This document shows, in pieces, positions 33,138 through 34,247 of a DNA stretch of 34,247 nucleotides; within the stretch, counting starts at the first letter, position 1; every line of letters starts with the position of its first letter. Under the pieces are notes generated by a model that worked only from the letters and a program-made list of their open reading frames with translations, had not been told where the DNA came from and did not search any database. Source of the stretch: a virus; IMG/VR virus record IMGVR_UViG_3300012662_000006, positions 1-34,247 of that record; one strand, given 5' to 3'. Position numbers and translations under genes: made by a program.

Positions 33138-33358
33138 TCCATGAGGATCAAGATGATGAAATTGATTTCTCATGGCTTTTATTTATTGGACATTGTTTGT
33201 TAGGCTTTACTGAAAAAGAAGTAGGAAGAATGACTTTAGGAAAATTATTAAAGTTGTATAGCCATTATAAGAATCATTATGATTTTAAATTAAGTGGTAA
33301 ATCTTACAAAGAATTAGACGATATGGTAGCCCATGATGGGGAATTTATTCGTGATTAG
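32781..33358 (+). CDS. Tail assembly chaperone G-T fusion via -1 frameshift at 33125-33131
   Basis: The -1 frame is open from the slippery site to TAG 33356-33358. It reads ...KKHVIHEDQDDEIDFSWLLFIGHCLLGFTEKEVGRMTLGKLLKLYSHYKNHYDF... Confidence 0.75.
33125..33131 (+). promoter_or_regulatory. Slippery heptamer A AAA AAC for -1 programmed ribosomal frameshift
   Basis: The zero-frame codons are TCA AAA AAC ATG TAA. The site fits the X XXY YYZ pattern 4 nt before the G stop. Confidence 0.75.
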
Positions 33359-33369
33359 GAGGTGAAAAT

Positions 33370-34247
33370 ATGGCAAGTTCTTTTGGTGGAACAATTAAAT
33401 TAACTGGTGAATCTGAGTATCAAAAATCTTTAAAAGCTATTAGTGAAAATTTAAAAGTATTATCTAGTGAAATGAGGGTTGTTACTAGTAGATATGATGT
33501 TAATGATAGATCTACCAGTAATTTATCACAACAAAATGAAATTTTAACTAAAAAAATAGATGAACAAAAAAATAAAGTAGAAATTTTAACTAAAGCCCTT
33601 AACGAGGCAAAAACTCAAACTGATGATAATAGTTCTACTACAAAAAAATGGGAAACTCAATTAAATGATGCTCAGGCAGAACTTAACAAGTTAGAAAGAA
33701 CTTTGGATAGTAATGAGCAAGAAATGAAGGACTATGGAAAAGCAACTGATGATGCTGGCGAAAAAAGTTCAAGATTGGGAGATATTATCAAAGGAAATTT
33801 AATATCTGAAGGTATTATTAATGGATTTAAAGCATTAGGAAATGCGATGAAAACAGTTGGAGGATCATTAATAAATATAGGAAAGCAAGCTTTTGAGGAA
33901 TATTCAAATTATGAACAACTAGTTGGTGGTGTTGAAACTTTATTTGGTATTGGAGAAATGTCTGTTGAAGAATATGCAGCATCAGTAGGTAAAAGTGTAA
34001 GCAAGGTTGAAGATAAGTATAATGAAATGTACGAAGCTCAAGAGAATGTTCTTAATGATTCATTAAATGCATATAAAACGGCTGGTTTAAGTGCGAATGA
34101 ATATATGGAAACTGTAACTTCATTTAGTGCTAGTTTAATTCAAAGTTTGAAAGGTGATACTTTAAAAGCTGGTGAATATGCAAATCAAGCAGTAATAGAT
34201 ATGGCTGATAATGCAAATAAAATGGGTACTGATATGAGTAGTATTCA
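33370..34247 (+). CDS. Tail tape measure protein, N-terminal part (runs off the window end; continues at base 78 of the circle)
   Basis: SD AGGAGGTG precedes ATG 33370. MASSFGGTIKLTGESEYQKSLKAISENLKVLSSEM... has no stop before 34247 and is in frame with 1-1482. Confidence 0.9.
   Translation, partial: MASSFGGTIKLTGESEYQKSLKAISENLKVLSSEMRVVTSRYDVNDRSTSNLSQQNEILTKKIDEQKNKVEILTKALNEAKTQTDDNSSTTKKWETQLNDAQAELNKLERTLDSNEQEMKDYGKATDDAGEKSSRLGDIIKGNLISEGIINGFKALGNAMKTVGGSLINIGKQAFEEYSNYEQLVGGVETLFGIGEMSVEEYAASVGKSVSKVEDKYNEMYEAQENVLNDSLNAYKTAGLSANEYMETVTSFSASLIQSLKGDTLKAGEYANQAVIDMADNANKMGTDMSSI
34171..34247. repeat. Right copy of exact 77-bp terminal overlap (identical to 1-77)
   Basis: Direct reading. 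The length matches a k=77 assembly overlap. Confidence 0.98.

Larger units (their letters stand above)
1..34247. mobile_element. Complete temperate siphovirus-type phage genome (HK97-like head module), circularly closed; unit length 34,170 bp
   Basis: Full lysogeny, replication, packaging, head, tail and lysis modules are present. The window ends overlap exactly by 77 bp. Confidence 0.9.

Noticed and set aside
1-34247. tRNA/rRNA genes, CRISPR arrays, alternative genetic code (TGA or TAG reassignment), and known defence/toxin-antitoxin cassettes
   Set aside because: I saw no cloverleaf-like GC-rich segments and no regularly spaced repeat-spacer units. ORFs are contiguous and well packed under the standard code, with TGG used for Trp. 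No nuclease, NTPase, toxin or sensor motifs were recognised beyond HNH and terminase.

Overview
The window holds one complete, circularly closed genome of a very AT-rich temperate phage. Bases 1-77 repeat exactly at 34171-34247, giving a unit length of 34,170 bp. The phage has an HK97-type head and a long non-contractile tail. The host is probably a low-GC Gram-positive bacterium, judging from GGAGG-type ribosome-binding sites, an M23+SH3b lysin and a DnaD-type replisome organizer (inference only). The window breaks inside the tape-measure gene (33370..34170 joined to 1..1482). Gene order on the + strand: tape measure C-terminus, distal tail protein, four tail-tip/fibre genes (1.5-7.8 kb), then a lysis cassette (7.86-9.2 kb) and attP with arm-type repeats (9.29-9.49 kb). 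A leftward lysogeny block follows: integrase, a Zn-ribbon membrane protein, a 64-aa ORF, and a CI-like HTH+S24 repressor (9.5-11.9 kb). Next are a divergent promoter region, cro-like gene and Xis-like HTH, then replication genes (DUF1376+DnaD organizer with an embedded ori-like iteron/AT tract, a winged-helix protein, a second short tyrosine recombinase). About 25 tightly packed small ORFs of unknown function occupy 15.3-21.7 kb and show much internal paralogy. The rest is a PcfK-like/PcfJ-like pair, a late regulator, HNH, a probable cos region, TerS, TerL, portal, protease, major capsid, connectors, major tail protein, and a G/T chaperone with a clear -1 slippery site. I found no tRNA, rRNA, CRISPR array, reverse transcriptase, or recognisable defence or toxin gene. 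The best candidates for undescribed biology are listed here. (1) A winged-helix protein plus a catalytic-domain-only tyrosine recombinase sit in the early operon. (2) The PcfJ-like gene has its zinc ribbon split by an A11 tract. (3) The late-operon leader has a consensus promoter, a 4-codon mini-ORF, a terminator, and a duplicated gene start. (4) A leftward promoter and small ORF run antisense to cro. (5) The early region is duplicated and modular, with a recurring ATGAATAAAGA junction. None of these can be given a function from sequence alone. All family names come from motif recognition by eye, not from searches.
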